DNA from: an uncultured SAR86 cluster bacterium
GTDB lineage: Bacteria; Pseudomonadota; Gammaproteobacteria; Magnimaribacterales; D2472
Assembly (NCBI GenBank): GCA_902558375.1
Contig: CACEDQ010000003.1
Span: 25,493-89,492, forward strand
Length of the DNA stretch: 64,000 nt
Reading direction: 5' to 3'
The notes below the pieces were generated by a model. The model was given only the letters and a program-made list of their open reading frames with translations. It was not told where the DNA came from and did not search any database. Below are positions 28,701 through 37,865 of the stretch, piece after piece. The position numbers were made by a program, and so were the translations under genes. Position 1 is the first letter of the stretch, and every line of letters starts with the position of its first letter.

Positions 28701-29891
28701 CTAGCTGGGAAGTCCTAAAACTCTTTTAGAAATAACATTTAATTGCACCTCAGAAGTACCACCTTCAATTGAATTTCCTTTAGTTCTTAACCATGCCCTA
28801 GTAAGGTTTTTATCTTCTTTATTAAACTCATCTCCATCCCAGGCAACTCCATTGATTCCAGTAGCTGCAATCATAAGTTCATGGCGCTTTTTATTATGTT
28901 CTGTTCCGTAGAGTTTAAACATTGAAGCAGTTGCACTAGCTTTTCCACCTTCGTCTTTTGCTCTTTTAAATGTTAATCCAAAAGCATGCTCTTTTATTTT
29001 ATGAGAAGCTATTTGAGACCTATAAAAACTGTTGCTTATCTTTCCGTCTTCTTCACCAACATGCTTTTTAGCAATTGAAACAAGATCTCTACCACTTCCC
29101 ATACCTGATCCAAGACCAAAGCTAGATATGAAGGCTCTTTCATGTTGAAGCAATGCTTTTGCAATAGCCCAACCTGCGTTAAGCTGACCAATAAGATTTT
29201 CTTTTGGTACTTCTACATCATCAAAAAATGTTTCACAAAAAGGTGATTTACCTGATATCAAGGTGATTGGTTTTGTACTAACCCCAGCCGTTTCCATATC
29301 AATTAGAAGGAAACTAATTCCATCATGCTTTGGTTCTTTAGGACCTGTTCTAACTAAGGCAAATATCCAATCAGCTTTATCTGCGTATGATGTCCATACT
29401 TTTTGACCATTTACTAAAAAATGATTTCCAATATCTTCAGCTTTTGTTGCAAGACTGGCCAAATCAGATCCTGATCCAGGCTCTGAGTAACCCTGACACC
29501 ATCTAATTTCACCTTTAATAATTTTTGGCAGATGTTCTTTTTTTTGTTCTTCTGTGCCGTATTCAAGTAAAACTGGAGCAAGCATCCAAATACCAAAACT
29601 TAGTAAAGGCTGTTTAGCACCAATTGCAAACATTTCTTGATTCAGAATTGTTACTTGTTCTGCATTTAGTCCACCACCACCATATTCCTTGGGCACCGTT
29701 GGCATTGTCCATCCTTTAGCACCCATCCTATCAAGCCAAATTTTAGATTCAGGATTTTTATACTCTGCTTTTCTTCCTCCCCAGACCTCATCAACTGGAA
29801 TCGATGGATCTGCGCCACTTCTCATCGATGGTGGGCAATTTTTATCAAGCCATTCTTTAACTTCTTTTCTGAATTCTTCTAAATTTTGCAT
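28701..29891 (-). CDS. acyl-CoA dehydrogenase, long (L) member of pair 2
   Basis: WCQGYSEPGSGSDLASL, VNGQKVWTS, and C-terminal IEGGTSEVQLNVISKRVLGLP. Paralogous to 14951-16174. Confidence 0.85.
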   Translation of the reverse strand: MQNLEEFRKEVKEWLDKNCPPSMRSGADPSIPVDEVWGGRKAEYKNPESKIWLDRMGAKGWTMPTVPKEYGGGGLNAEQVTILNQEMFAIGAKQPLLSFGIWMLAPVLLEYGTEEQKKEHLPKIIKGEIRWCQGYSEPGSGSDLASLATKAEDIGNHFLVNGQKVWTSYADKADWIFALVRTGPKEPKHDGISFLLIDMETAGVSTKPITLISGKSPFCETFFDDVEVPKENLIGQLNAGWAIAKALLQHERAFISSFGLGSGMGSGRDLVSIAKKHVGEEDGKISNSFYRSQIASHKIKEHAFGLTFKRAKDEGGKASATASMFKLYGTEHNKKRHELMIAATGINGVAWDGDEFNKEDKNLTRAWLRTKGNSIEGGTSEVQLNVISKRVLGLPS

Positions 29892-30030
29892 ATGTTTATA
29901 TATATATTTTTGTTGAGTAAATTATTCTATAGCAAACTTGATTTAGTTCAAAAGGTTTAAAATGTTCAAAATTTATCAACGATATCTATATTCTTTCCTT
30001 ATGAATTGATTGAAATAGTATAATAAGAAC

Positions 30031-30894
30031 ATGTTTAAAAATATTGGCATTTATGTAAAAGAAAAAACAGATGAGGGTATCGACTATCATGGCCTTGATG
30101 TTTTAATTTCATCCTTAAAAAAACATACTTCAAATATTTTTATAGAAGAAACATCAAAATATAAAAATAATTCTTTAACTATTCTTAAACATAATGAATT
30201 TGCATCTACAGTTGACTTGATAATTGTCTTTGGTGGCGATGGAACTCTTCTAAGATCGGCTAGAAAGTATTTAGTATACGACATACCAATTCTTGGAATT
30301 AATATGGGAACCGTTGGATTTTTAACCGATGTTAAAACTCAAGATTTTGAATCAATAATTCAAGATGTTTTAAATGGTAATTGTCAGGTAGAAGAAAGGA
30401 ATCTTGTTAGTGCCACTTTTGCCAACAAAACAGTTTATGGTTTAAATGAGATAGTAATTCATTCTGGTGGCTATACACAATTGATGAGATATAGGTTATC
30501 AGTAAATAATAAAATTGTTTATGAACAAAGGTCTGATGGTCTAATTATTGCAACACCGACTGGATCAACTGCATATGCTCTATCTGCTGGTGGGCCAATT
30601 ATTCATCCTGCACTTGATGTTTGGACAATATTACCAATGCTTCCCCAAAGTATTTCATCAAGACCCTTTGTAATATCTTCAGATGAAAATGTAACAATTA
30701 ATTTAATCAGTGGGCCTATGAAAGAAGCCAGGATATGTGCAGATGGTCAAGAGGATGAGAATGCACCATATGATAAAGATATTGTTATTTCTAAAATGAA
30801 TAATAAGCTTAGATTAGTTCATCCACTTAATAATGATTTTTTTGAAGCCTGCAGAGAAAAGCTGGGTTGGAGTTTAGATATTTCTAAAAAATAA
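30031..30894 (+). CDS. nadK: NAD kinase
   Basis: GGDGTLL motif, NxGxxGFL, and TPTGSTAYALSAGGPI. Confidence 0.9.
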   Translation: MFKNIGIYVKEKTDEGIDYHGLDVLISSLKKHTSNIFIEETSKYKNNSLTILKHNEFASTVDLIIVFGGDGTLLRSARKYLVYDIPILGINMGTVGFLTDVKTQDFESIIQDVLNGNCQVEERNLVSATFANKTVYGLNEIVIHSGGYTQLMRYRLSVNNKIVYEQRSDGLIIATPTGSTAYALSAGGPIIHPALDVWTILPMLPQSISSRPFVISSDENVTINLISGPMKEARICADGQEDENAPYDKDIVISKMNNKLRLVHPLNNDFFEACREKLGWSLDISKK

Positions 30895-30897
30895 TAA

Positions 30898-31530
30898 GTG
30901 AATATTAGAAATTTCCATATGCCAATAATATTGATATCAATATTAATTGCCTTTTTATCTAATTATGGATCAGTCATAGCCATTATAGAGCCTTTTACTT
31001 TTATCAAAATTGATCTAGGTTCATATCAAAATGGTTATGTGAGCTTTAACTCTCTTGAAACTACTATGCAAAATAATGAATGGTGGAGACTAATAACTCC
31101 TATGTTTATTCATTTTTCATTAACTCATTTAGTTTTTAACTGTTTGTGGATTTATGTACTTGGTTCAAAAATTGAGCAAATTGATGGACATATAACATTT
31201 ATAAGTTTAGTAATTTTCTCCTCAATAATATCTAACTTAGCTCAACATTTTTTTGGCGAATCTGCTCTCTTTGGAGGACTTTCAGGAGTTATTTATGGCT
31301 TACTTGGGTATTGCATGATAATAGAGATTGATACTAAACAAGAAAGATATGATCTACCTCCAGCACTTTATATGTTTATGCTGATTTGGTTAATTCTTGG
31401 TTTTCTTGGAATACTTAATTTATTTGGTTTTGGTAATGTTGCAAATTATGCACATCTTGGTGGACTGATATCAGGTATAATTTTTGCCATGATAACCAGA
31501 TATGTTTTTATTACAGACATAAATGAATAA
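30898..31530 (+). CDS. rhomboid-family intramembrane serine protease
   Basis: Multi-TM protein with WRLITPMFIHFS, the catalytic motif GLSGVIYGL, and a downstream AHLGG. GTG start per the track; ATG 30919 is an alternative. Confidence 0.75.
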   Translation: MNIRNFHMPIILISILIAFLSNYGSVIAIIEPFTFIKIDLGSYQNGYVSFNSLETTMQNNEWWRLITPMFIHFSLTHLVFNCLWIYVLGSKIEQIDGHITFISLVIFSSIISNLAQHFFGESALFGGLSGVIYGLLGYCMIIEIDTKQERYDLPPALYMFMLIWLILGFLGILNLFGFGNVANYAHLGGLISGIIFAMITRYVFITDINE

Positions 31531-32410
31531 AATAAAAAAAGCAGTATTGCCGGTTGCTGGTCTTGGTACTAGATTTTTGCCCGCCTCAAAGGCAACACCT
31601 AAAGAGATGTTGCCAATAATTGACAAACCATTGGTTCAATATGCAGTCGAAGAAGCAATAGAAATTGGTATCGAAGAAATTATTTTTATTACAAGCCCAT
31701 CAAAATATTCAATAAAAAAACATTTTGATTTCAATAGAGCCATCGATGATAAATTAAGAAATTCTGGTAAAGATAAGCTTGCTGAATTAGCCAACCCTAA
31801 TATTTTTCATGAAATAGATTTTAAGTATATAACTCAAGATGAGCAAAAGGGTTTGGGACATGCAATTTTGCTTGCTAAAGATTATATTCAAGATGAGCCA
31901 TTTGCGATTCTTCTTCCTGATGATTTATTTTTTTCAAAAATAAGCTGCCTGTCTCAACTCAGCTCAATCTACAATGATACTGGAAATTCAGTTATTGCTG
32001 TTAATAAGATAGATCCTGATGATATTCACAAATATGGAGTTATTGATCCAGGTAAAATAGAAGCTAATTTCATGGAAATTAATAATATTATCGAGAAACC
32101 GTCCAGAGCTGAAGCTCCTTCAGATATTGCTGTATGCGGAAGATATATATTAAATAGTTCTATTTTTGAATTTTTAGAAAAAACCCATGCTGATGGATCA
32201 GATGAAATCCAATTAACTGATGCAATAAAATCCATGTTATCAAAAGAAAAAATTCTAGCTGCTCTATATCGTGGTGAGAAATTTGATTGTGGAAGCAAAA
32301 AGGGTTTTGTAGAGGCCACTATTGCTATTTCTTTAAGAGATAATGATCTTAAGAATGATATTAAAAGCTACATCCAAAACATTAATGAAATTAATTCTAG
32401 AGATAATTAA
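31523..32410 (+). CDS. galU: UTP--glucose-1-phosphate uridylyltransferase
   Basis: AVLPVAGLGTRFLPASKATPKEMLPI and the VEKP-like IIEKP block. Confidence 0.9.
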   Translation: MNKIKKAVLPVAGLGTRFLPASKATPKEMLPIIDKPLVQYAVEEAIEIGIEEIIFITSPSKYSIKKHFDFNRAIDDKLRNSGKDKLAELANPNIFHEIDFKYITQDEQKGLGHAILLAKDYIQDEPFAILLPDDLFFSKISCLSQLSSIYNDTGNSVIAVNKIDPDDIHKYGVIDPGKIEANFMEINNIIEKPSRAEAPSDIAVCGRYILNSSIFEFLEKTHADGSDEIQLTDAIKSMLSKEKILAALYRGEKFDCGSKKGFVEATIAISLRDNDLKNDIKSYIQNINEINSRDN

Positions 32411-33368
32411 AATTTTTCCACCTGAGGCATCTCATAAGATTGCTCTTTTTTTACTAAAGGTTTTATATAAGTTAAAAATCTTAAATTTTCTTTTCCCAAT
32501 CGTTAAAAAAAATAACATTGAATATTTGAATCTTAGTTTTAAAAATAGGCTTGGTACTGCAGCAGGACTTGATAAAGATGGTGATTATATAGACTCACTT
32601 GGCGCCTTGGGTTTTGGATTTCTTGAAGTGGGTACTGTAACACCGCTACCCCAAAAGGGTAATCCCAAGCCTAGAGTATTTAGGCTATTTGATGAACAAG
32701 CAGTAATTAATAGACTTGGCTTTAATAATAAAGGTGTAGATTATCTTGTAAAGAATCTAAAAAAAAGAAAATACAATGGTGTTGTTGGGGTAAATATTGG
32801 AGCAAATAAAACCTCTGAAGCTCAGCAAAGAATCGATGATTATCTGATTTGTTTTGATAAAGTTGCAGAATACTCTGACTATATAACTATAAATATTTCT
32901 TCTCCTAATACTCCAGGGTTAAGAAATCTTCATGAAGAAAAGCATATTAAAAACCTTATAGATTCCCTAGAGCAAAGAGTTATTGAACTAAATTTCATTA
33001 AACCCATCTTTATTAAAATATCTCCTGATGAACCATATGAAGCAATTAAAAACACTGCTGAATATATAAAAAATTCAAGTTTAACTGGTTTGATAATATC
33101 AAATACAACGACAAATCGAGAGATGCTTAAGAATTCAAAATATAAAGACTTCCATGGTGGCTTATCAGGCAGCCCTTTGATGGAAAGGTCTACATCTTTA
33201 TTGAAAAAGATAAATGAAGAATTTCCTGAACTTCCAATTATTGGTGTTGGGGGAGTTATGAATAAACTAGATTTTGATAATAAGCTTGAATCAGGTGCAT
33301 CACTGGTTCAAATTTATACAGGTTTTATAATCAGTGGGCCTCAAATCGTTAGCGATATATTAAATTAA
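32385..33368 (+). CDS. pyrD: dihydroorotate dehydrogenase (quinone)
   Basis: GLDKDG, FGFLEVGTVTP, NISSPNTPGLR, and GVGGV motifs. Start moved to ATG 32385 (MKLILEIIKIFPPEASHK), which fits the class 2 PyrD N-terminal helix. It still overlaps the galU 3' end. Confidence 0.9.
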   Translation: MKLILEIIKIFPPEASHKIALFLLKVLYKLKILNFLFPIVKKNNIEYLNLSFKNRLGTAAGLDKDGDYIDSLGALGFGFLEVGTVTPLPQKGNPKPRVFRLFDEQAVINRLGFNNKGVDYLVKNLKKRKYNGVVGVNIGANKTSEAQQRIDDYLICFDKVAEYSDYITINISSPNTPGLRNLHEEKHIKNLIDSLEQRVIELNFIKPIFIKISPDEPYEAIKNTAEYIKNSSLTGLIISNTTTNREMLKNSKYKDFHGGLSGSPLMERSTSLLKKINEEFPELPIIGVGGVMNKLDFDNKLESGASLVQIYTGFIISGPQIVSDILN

Positions 33369-33375
33369 TAAGTTA

Positions 33376-33810
33376 ATGGAATTATTAATTATTTTTGTTG
33401 TTATCTCTTTTCTAATTGGAACTATCAGCTTTGCATTACCATCAAAGTCTTCAAAGAAAATTTCAGAACTGCGGATGAATGCGTCTAGGCTGGGATTAAA
33501 AATAACACCATCAAATATTGGTAAAAATTCATTTAAAAACAGAGATATAAATTTAATGATTTACAGCCTTAAAAATAATACAAATTTAAAAGAAGCACAT
33601 TTTATTAGAGACAAAGACGAATTAATTTTGTATTCTCCTCTGAAGTTGAAGTACTCAGATGAGTATGATGAGATAAAAATTAAGCTTAGTTCTCTATCAC
33701 CGAATGTATTAGAGATAATATTTTCAAACTCTGTTATCGCTTTTGTTTGGAGAGAAAAAGCAGGAATTAATGAGCTTGAAAAGATTTTAAATTTATTAAA
33801 AGTTTTCTAA
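33376..33810 (+). CDS. hypothetical membrane-anchored protein
   Basis: 144-aa ORF with one N-terminal TM helix and no recognisable motif. It fills the pyrD-topA gap in the same orientation. Confidence 0.4.
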   Translation: MELLIIFVVISFLIGTISFALPSKSSKKISELRMNASRLGLKITPSNIGKNSFKNRDINLMIYSLKNNTNLKEAHFIRDKDELILYSPLKLKYSDEYDEIKIKLSSLSPNVLEIIFSNSVIAFVWREKAGINELEKILNLLKVF

Positions 33811-33869
33811 AACTCTTGTCAAACCAAACTAATTAATGGTATTTCTAAAAAAGGAACAAATTATTTATT

Positions 33870-36485
33870 ATGGCAAAATCATTAGTAATCGTTGAATCTC
33901 CAGCAAAAGCTAAAACAATATCTAAGTATTTGGGTAATGATTTTATTGTTGAATCTAGTGTTGGTCATATTAGAGACCTTCCAAAAAAATCTTCACCAAC
34001 TAGTAAAAGAGCATCTATCCCAAAAGATGTGAGTCCAGAAGAAAAAATTAGATTGAAAGCTATCAATGATAGAAACAGATTAATAAGAAGAATGGGTATT
34101 GATCCTGATAATGGATGGACTGCTGATTGGCAAATTATTCCAGAAAAAGAGAAAGTAATAAAAAATCTAAAAAAAGCAGCAAAACAAGTTGATCATATTT
34201 ATTTAGCTACTGACTTAGATAGAGAGGGTGAAGCAATTGCATGGCACCTCAAAGAAGCCTTAGGACCAGAGAAATATGATTACTCAAGAGTTAGATTTAA
34301 TCAGATTACCAAAGCAGCAATTGTTGAATCATTTGCTGATCCAAAAGAAATTGATTTAGATTTAGTCAAAGCCTACAGAGCACGAAGATTCTTGGATAAG
34401 GTAATTGGCTTTGAATTATCGCCTTTGTTATGGAAAAAAATTGCTAGAGGCCTATCTGCAGGAAGAGTTCAGTCAGTAGCATTAAGAGTTTTGGATGAAA
34501 GAGAAAGATTAATTCAAGAATTTATTCCTGAAGAATTTTGGGAAGTTTCAATGAACTTAGGCAAAAATGATTTATCCATACCTTTTTCCCTAAATAGAAA
34601 AAAATCAGATCCATTATTGAAGGAACAAGAAGCAAGAAAAATAGAAGATTTAATTAATAATTCTGAATTATCTATTAATGAGATAGTAAAAAAGCCTGTT
34701 AAAGCTAAGCCAAGGCCTCCATTCATCACATCAACCCTTCAACAGGCTGCCAGCACTAAGTTAAGTTTTACGGTTAAAAGAACTATGCGAGTTGCGCAAA
34801 AGTTATATGAAGCAGGACACATAACTTATATGAGAACAGATGCTCCAAGTCTTAGCAAAGAATCAATTCAAGACGCAAGAAATTATATTAATGAAAGAAT
34901 TGGTGATAAATATTTAACAAATGCTCCTAGAATATATGCAAGTACAGAAAATGCTCAAGAAGCTCATGAGGCTATTAGACCAACTAATGCTTTTATGACA
35001 CCAAATGATTTGCTGAATCAAACAGAAGAAGAAAAAAGACTTTATCAATTAATATGGCAGCAATACATAGCTTGTCAAATGCCTGATGCAGAGTATTTAT
35101 CTACTTCAGCAAAAATAGTCATTGATGAATACATTTTTTCTGCTAAGGGTAGAGAGGTGGTCTTTGATGGTTATACAAAAGTTTCTCAACCTGCCAAATC
35201 AGATGGTGAAGATATTTTGCCTCCATTGAATGAAGGAGAGGTATTGACATTAAATGAAGTTAATTTAGAGCAAAAATTTACTAAACCACCTGCAAGATTC
35301 TCTGAAGCAGCACTAGTTAAAGAATTAGAAAAGAAAGGAATAGGCAGACCTTCGACCTATGCAAATATTATTTCTACTATCCAAGATAGAGGCTATGTCG
35401 AAATTCAAAACAGAAGATTTTTTGTTAAAAAAATCGGACACATAGTAACTGAAAGATTGCTAGAAAGTTTTGATGACATTATGGATTATGAATTTACTGC
35501 TAATTTAGAAAATAATTTGGATAGGGTAGCGCAAGGAGAAATTGATTGGAGAAAGGTATTAGATGATTTTTATTCATCATTTAAAAGTGATTTAGCTTAT
35601 GCATCAGATGAAGATACTGGAATGAGGGGTAACAGGCCAACCTCTACAGACATTATATGCCCATGTGGTAAAACCAATATGGTTATAAGAAATTCTTCAA
35701 ATGGTGTTTTTCTCGGTTGCTCTGGATATCAAAATACTGGCGATGACAAATGTAAAGAAACTTTAAATCTTGTTTCTGGCGATGAAGCAGTCAGCGTCGA
35801 TGATACGGAAGAGGCTGAAAATCTTTTAATTAAAAAAAGATGCCCTAAGTGCGATACCAGTATGGATAACTACCTTATTGATGAAAATAGAAAACTTCAT
35901 GTTTGTGGCAAAAATCCAGATTGTAAGGGCTACTTTGTTGAAGAAGGACAATTTAAGATAAAAGGATATGATGGCCCTACACTAGAATGTCATAAATGCG
36001 GCTCAGAGATGCAATTAAAAACTGGAAGATTTGGTAAATATTTCGGTTGTCTTAATGATAATTGCGGCGCAACTAGGGCATTGCAAAGAAATGGTGAGCC
36101 AAAACCATTAATGATGGAACCTATTTCTTTGCCTGATTTGTCATGTTTAAAGTGTGATGATCATTATCTTCTTAGAGATAGCATGAAGGGCTTGTTCTTA
36201 GCCGCAAGTAAGTACCCTAAAAATAGAGAGACTAGAGCACCAAAGGTTTCAGAAATTAATAATTTATCAAATGAAATTATAGAAGCCTGTAGATTTCTTC
36301 CAAATACCGACAAGCATTCGTATCTTATGAGTGCTCCAGAAAAAGACAGGGATGGCAATCCTTATGTCATAAGATATAACAAATCTGAAGATGTTCACTA
36401 CTTGGCATCTGAAAAAGATGGAAAAAAAACAAAATGGACTGCTGTTTATAATAATGGAGAGTGGGTTCAAAACCTCAAAAGTTAG
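33870..36485 (+). CDS. topA: DNA topoisomerase I
   Basis: Toprim start (LVIVESPAKAKTISKYLG), DLDREGEAIAWH, the active-site region (ITYMRTD), and C-terminal Cys4 zinc ribbons. Confidence 0.95.
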   Translation: MAKSLVIVESPAKAKTISKYLGNDFIVESSVGHIRDLPKKSSPTSKRASIPKDVSPEEKIRLKAINDRNRLIRRMGIDPDNGWTADWQIIPEKEKVIKNLKKAAKQVDHIYLATDLDREGEAIAWHLKEALGPEKYDYSRVRFNQITKAAIVESFADPKEIDLDLVKAYRARRFLDKVIGFELSPLLWKKIARGLSAGRVQSVALRVLDERERLIQEFIPEEFWEVSMNLGKNDLSIPFSLNRKKSDPLLKEQEARKIEDLINNSELSINEIVKKPVKAKPRPPFITSTLQQAASTKLSFTVKRTMRVAQKLYEAGHITYMRTDAPSLSKESIQDARNYINERIGDKYLTNAPRIYASTENAQEAHEAIRPTNAFMTPNDLLNQTEEEKRLYQLIWQQYIACQMPDAEYLSTSAKIVIDEYIFSAKGREVVFDGYTKVSQPAKSDGEDILPPLNEGEVLTLNEVNLEQKFTKPPARFSEAALVKELEKKGIGRPSTYANIISTIQDRGYVEIQNRRFFVKKIGHIVTERLLESFDDIMDYEFTANLENNLDRVAQGEIDWRKVLDDFYSSFKSDLAYASDEDTGMRGNRPTSTDIICPCGKTNMVIRNSSNGVFLGCSGYQNTGDDKCKETLNLVSGDEAVSVDDTEEAENLLIKKRCPKCDTSMDNYLIDENRKLHVCGKNPDCKGYFVEEGQFKIKGYDGPTLECHKCGSEMQLKTGRFGKYFGCLNDNCGATRALQRNGEPKPLMMEPISLPDLSCLKCDDHYLLRDSMKGLFLAASKYPKNRETRAPKVSEINNLSNEIIEACRFLPNTDKHSYLMSAPEKDRDGNPYVIRYNKSEDVHYLASEKDGKKTKWTAVYNNGEWVQNLKS

Positions 36486-36907
36486 TGAGCGCAAAAGAAT
36501 TAGTTAATTTATATATAGATATTTGTGATCAAATCTTAGTTGATAATAATTTAAATCAAAATAATAAATATTTATTTTTTTCCTCTCTTGAGCAAAGCAT
36601 TGATCAGCTTGCAATTAATTTGCATTCAGAATTAAATTTAAATATTTCAAATTTTCATGATTTTAATTTTTATGCTAAGTGGAAACTACTATCCAATGAA
36701 GTTGCTCTTGCAAACATTATTAAAAGAGAGATAAGTGATGATGGATTTTTATCAGATATATCTATCGCAAAAGATAAACTTTTAATACCAATTGATACAT
36801 CAATAATTACCTCAAATAATCCTATTAACTTGAAAAAACTAAATTCGATATTAGATAATTATAAAAGCTTTATATTGTTGCTTCGCAAAACCCTTGAGGA
36901 GTGTTAA
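36485..36907 (+). CDS. hypothetical protein (conserved position between topA and lexA)
   Basis: ORF open from 36461. I favour GTG 36485, which overlaps the topA stop (TAGTG), but the start is uncertain. No motif recognised. Confidence 0.35.
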   Translation: MSAKELVNLYIDICDQILVDNNLNQNNKYLFFSSLEQSIDQLAINLHSELNLNISNFHDFNFYAKWKLLSNEVALANIIKREISDDGFLSDISIAKDKLLIPIDTSIITSNNPINLKKLNSILDNYKSFILLLRKTLEEC

Positions 36908-36929
36908 GCTTCAATAATACGGAGAAATT

Positions 36930-37187
36930 ATGTCAAACTACCTAGAATTAGCTCAATTACCTGACGGAACTATTGTTCTAAGAAGATCAGACGATCACGA
37001 TAACCCAATAGTAAAAATTGAGTTCTCAAATGAATCTAAGGAATTTTTGCAAGGACAAGAACTTTCTGTTGCTAAGGAGATGATTAAAGCCGGTATTGAA
37101 AGTGTAAGTGGTAATGTGAGTGATTTTGACGAGTTTTTTGACAGTCAAAAAGAGAGACTTTCAAAGAAGACAGTAATATTGCACTAA
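36930..37187 (+). CDS. hypothetical small acidic protein (85 aa)
   Basis: GGAG RBS 7 nt upstream of the ATG. Its stop codon overlaps the lexA stop (CTAA). Confidence 0.45.
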   Translation: MSNYLELAQLPDGTIVLRRSDDHDNPIVKIEFSNESKEFLQGQELSVAKEMIKAGIESVSGNVSDFDEFFDSQKERLSKKTVILH

Positions 37188-37798
37188 CTCTCTCTAATTA
37201 GCCCGACACTTTTCCCTTCTATATATAACTCAGTCTCCTCGAGATTAACTTCAATATCACTAAATTCTTCATTTGCTGGCTTCAAATGAACTATATTTGG
37301 AGCACTTCTTTGAAAATATTTAACTGTTACCTCATCTTCTATTCTTGCAATAACAATATCGCCATTTTTAATTTCTTGGGTTTTTTTAACAGCTATTAAA
37401 TCATCTTCCATAATTCCAGCATCTTTCATACTAAGACCCCTAACTCTTAAGAAATAATCAAAATCAGATCCAAAAAAATTTTTTGGACAATTTAATATTT
37501 TTTCGACATTTTCACTTGCTAAAGTTGGTGACCCAGCAGCAACTAATCCAACTATAGGGTACTCATTTTCTAAATGAGTTATTTCAGGGTTATTTATAGA
37601 TATGCCTCTTGAAGCACCACTTTCTATTGAGATGAAACCTTTTTTCTCAAGAGCTCTTAAGTGAGTTTCAGCCGAATTAGGAGATTTAAACCCTAACTCT
37701 CTACAAATATCTGCTCTTGTAGGAGGAAAGCCTGTTTTATTTATGTATACTTGAATACAATCAAGTACTTTTTGTTGTTGAGGTGTAATATCTTTCAT
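37184..37798 (-). CDS. lexA: LexA repressor
   Basis: Winged-helix N-terminus (GFPPTRADICRELGFKSPNSAETHLRALEKKGFI). Cleavage site VAAG. S24 peptidase motifs GLSM...K. Confidence 0.95.
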   Translation of the reverse strand: MKDITPQQQKVLDCIQVYINKTGFPPTRADICRELGFKSPNSAETHLRALEKKGFISIESGASRGISINNPEITHLENEYPIVGLVAAGSPTLASENVEKILNCPKNFFGSDFDYFLRVRGLSMKDAGIMEDDLIAVKKTQEIKNGDIVIARIEDEVTVKYFQRSAPNIVHLKPANEEFSDIEVNLEETELYIEGKSVGLIRES

Positions 37799-37811
37799 AA
37801 TGTTTCAATTA

Positions 37812-37831
37812 TACTATATATTTATACAGTA
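37812..37831. promoter_or_regulatory. SOS (LexA) box
   Basis: TACTATATATTTATACAGTA matches the gammaproteobacterial consensus TACTGTATATATATACAGTA at 18/20 positions. One of the two mismatches is in the left CTG half-site. It lies 14-33 nt upstream of the lexA ATG and overlaps a putative lexA -10 element. Confidence 0.6.
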
Positions 37832-37865
37832 TAATGCTATTTTGTAAGTAAAATCAATAAAAATA

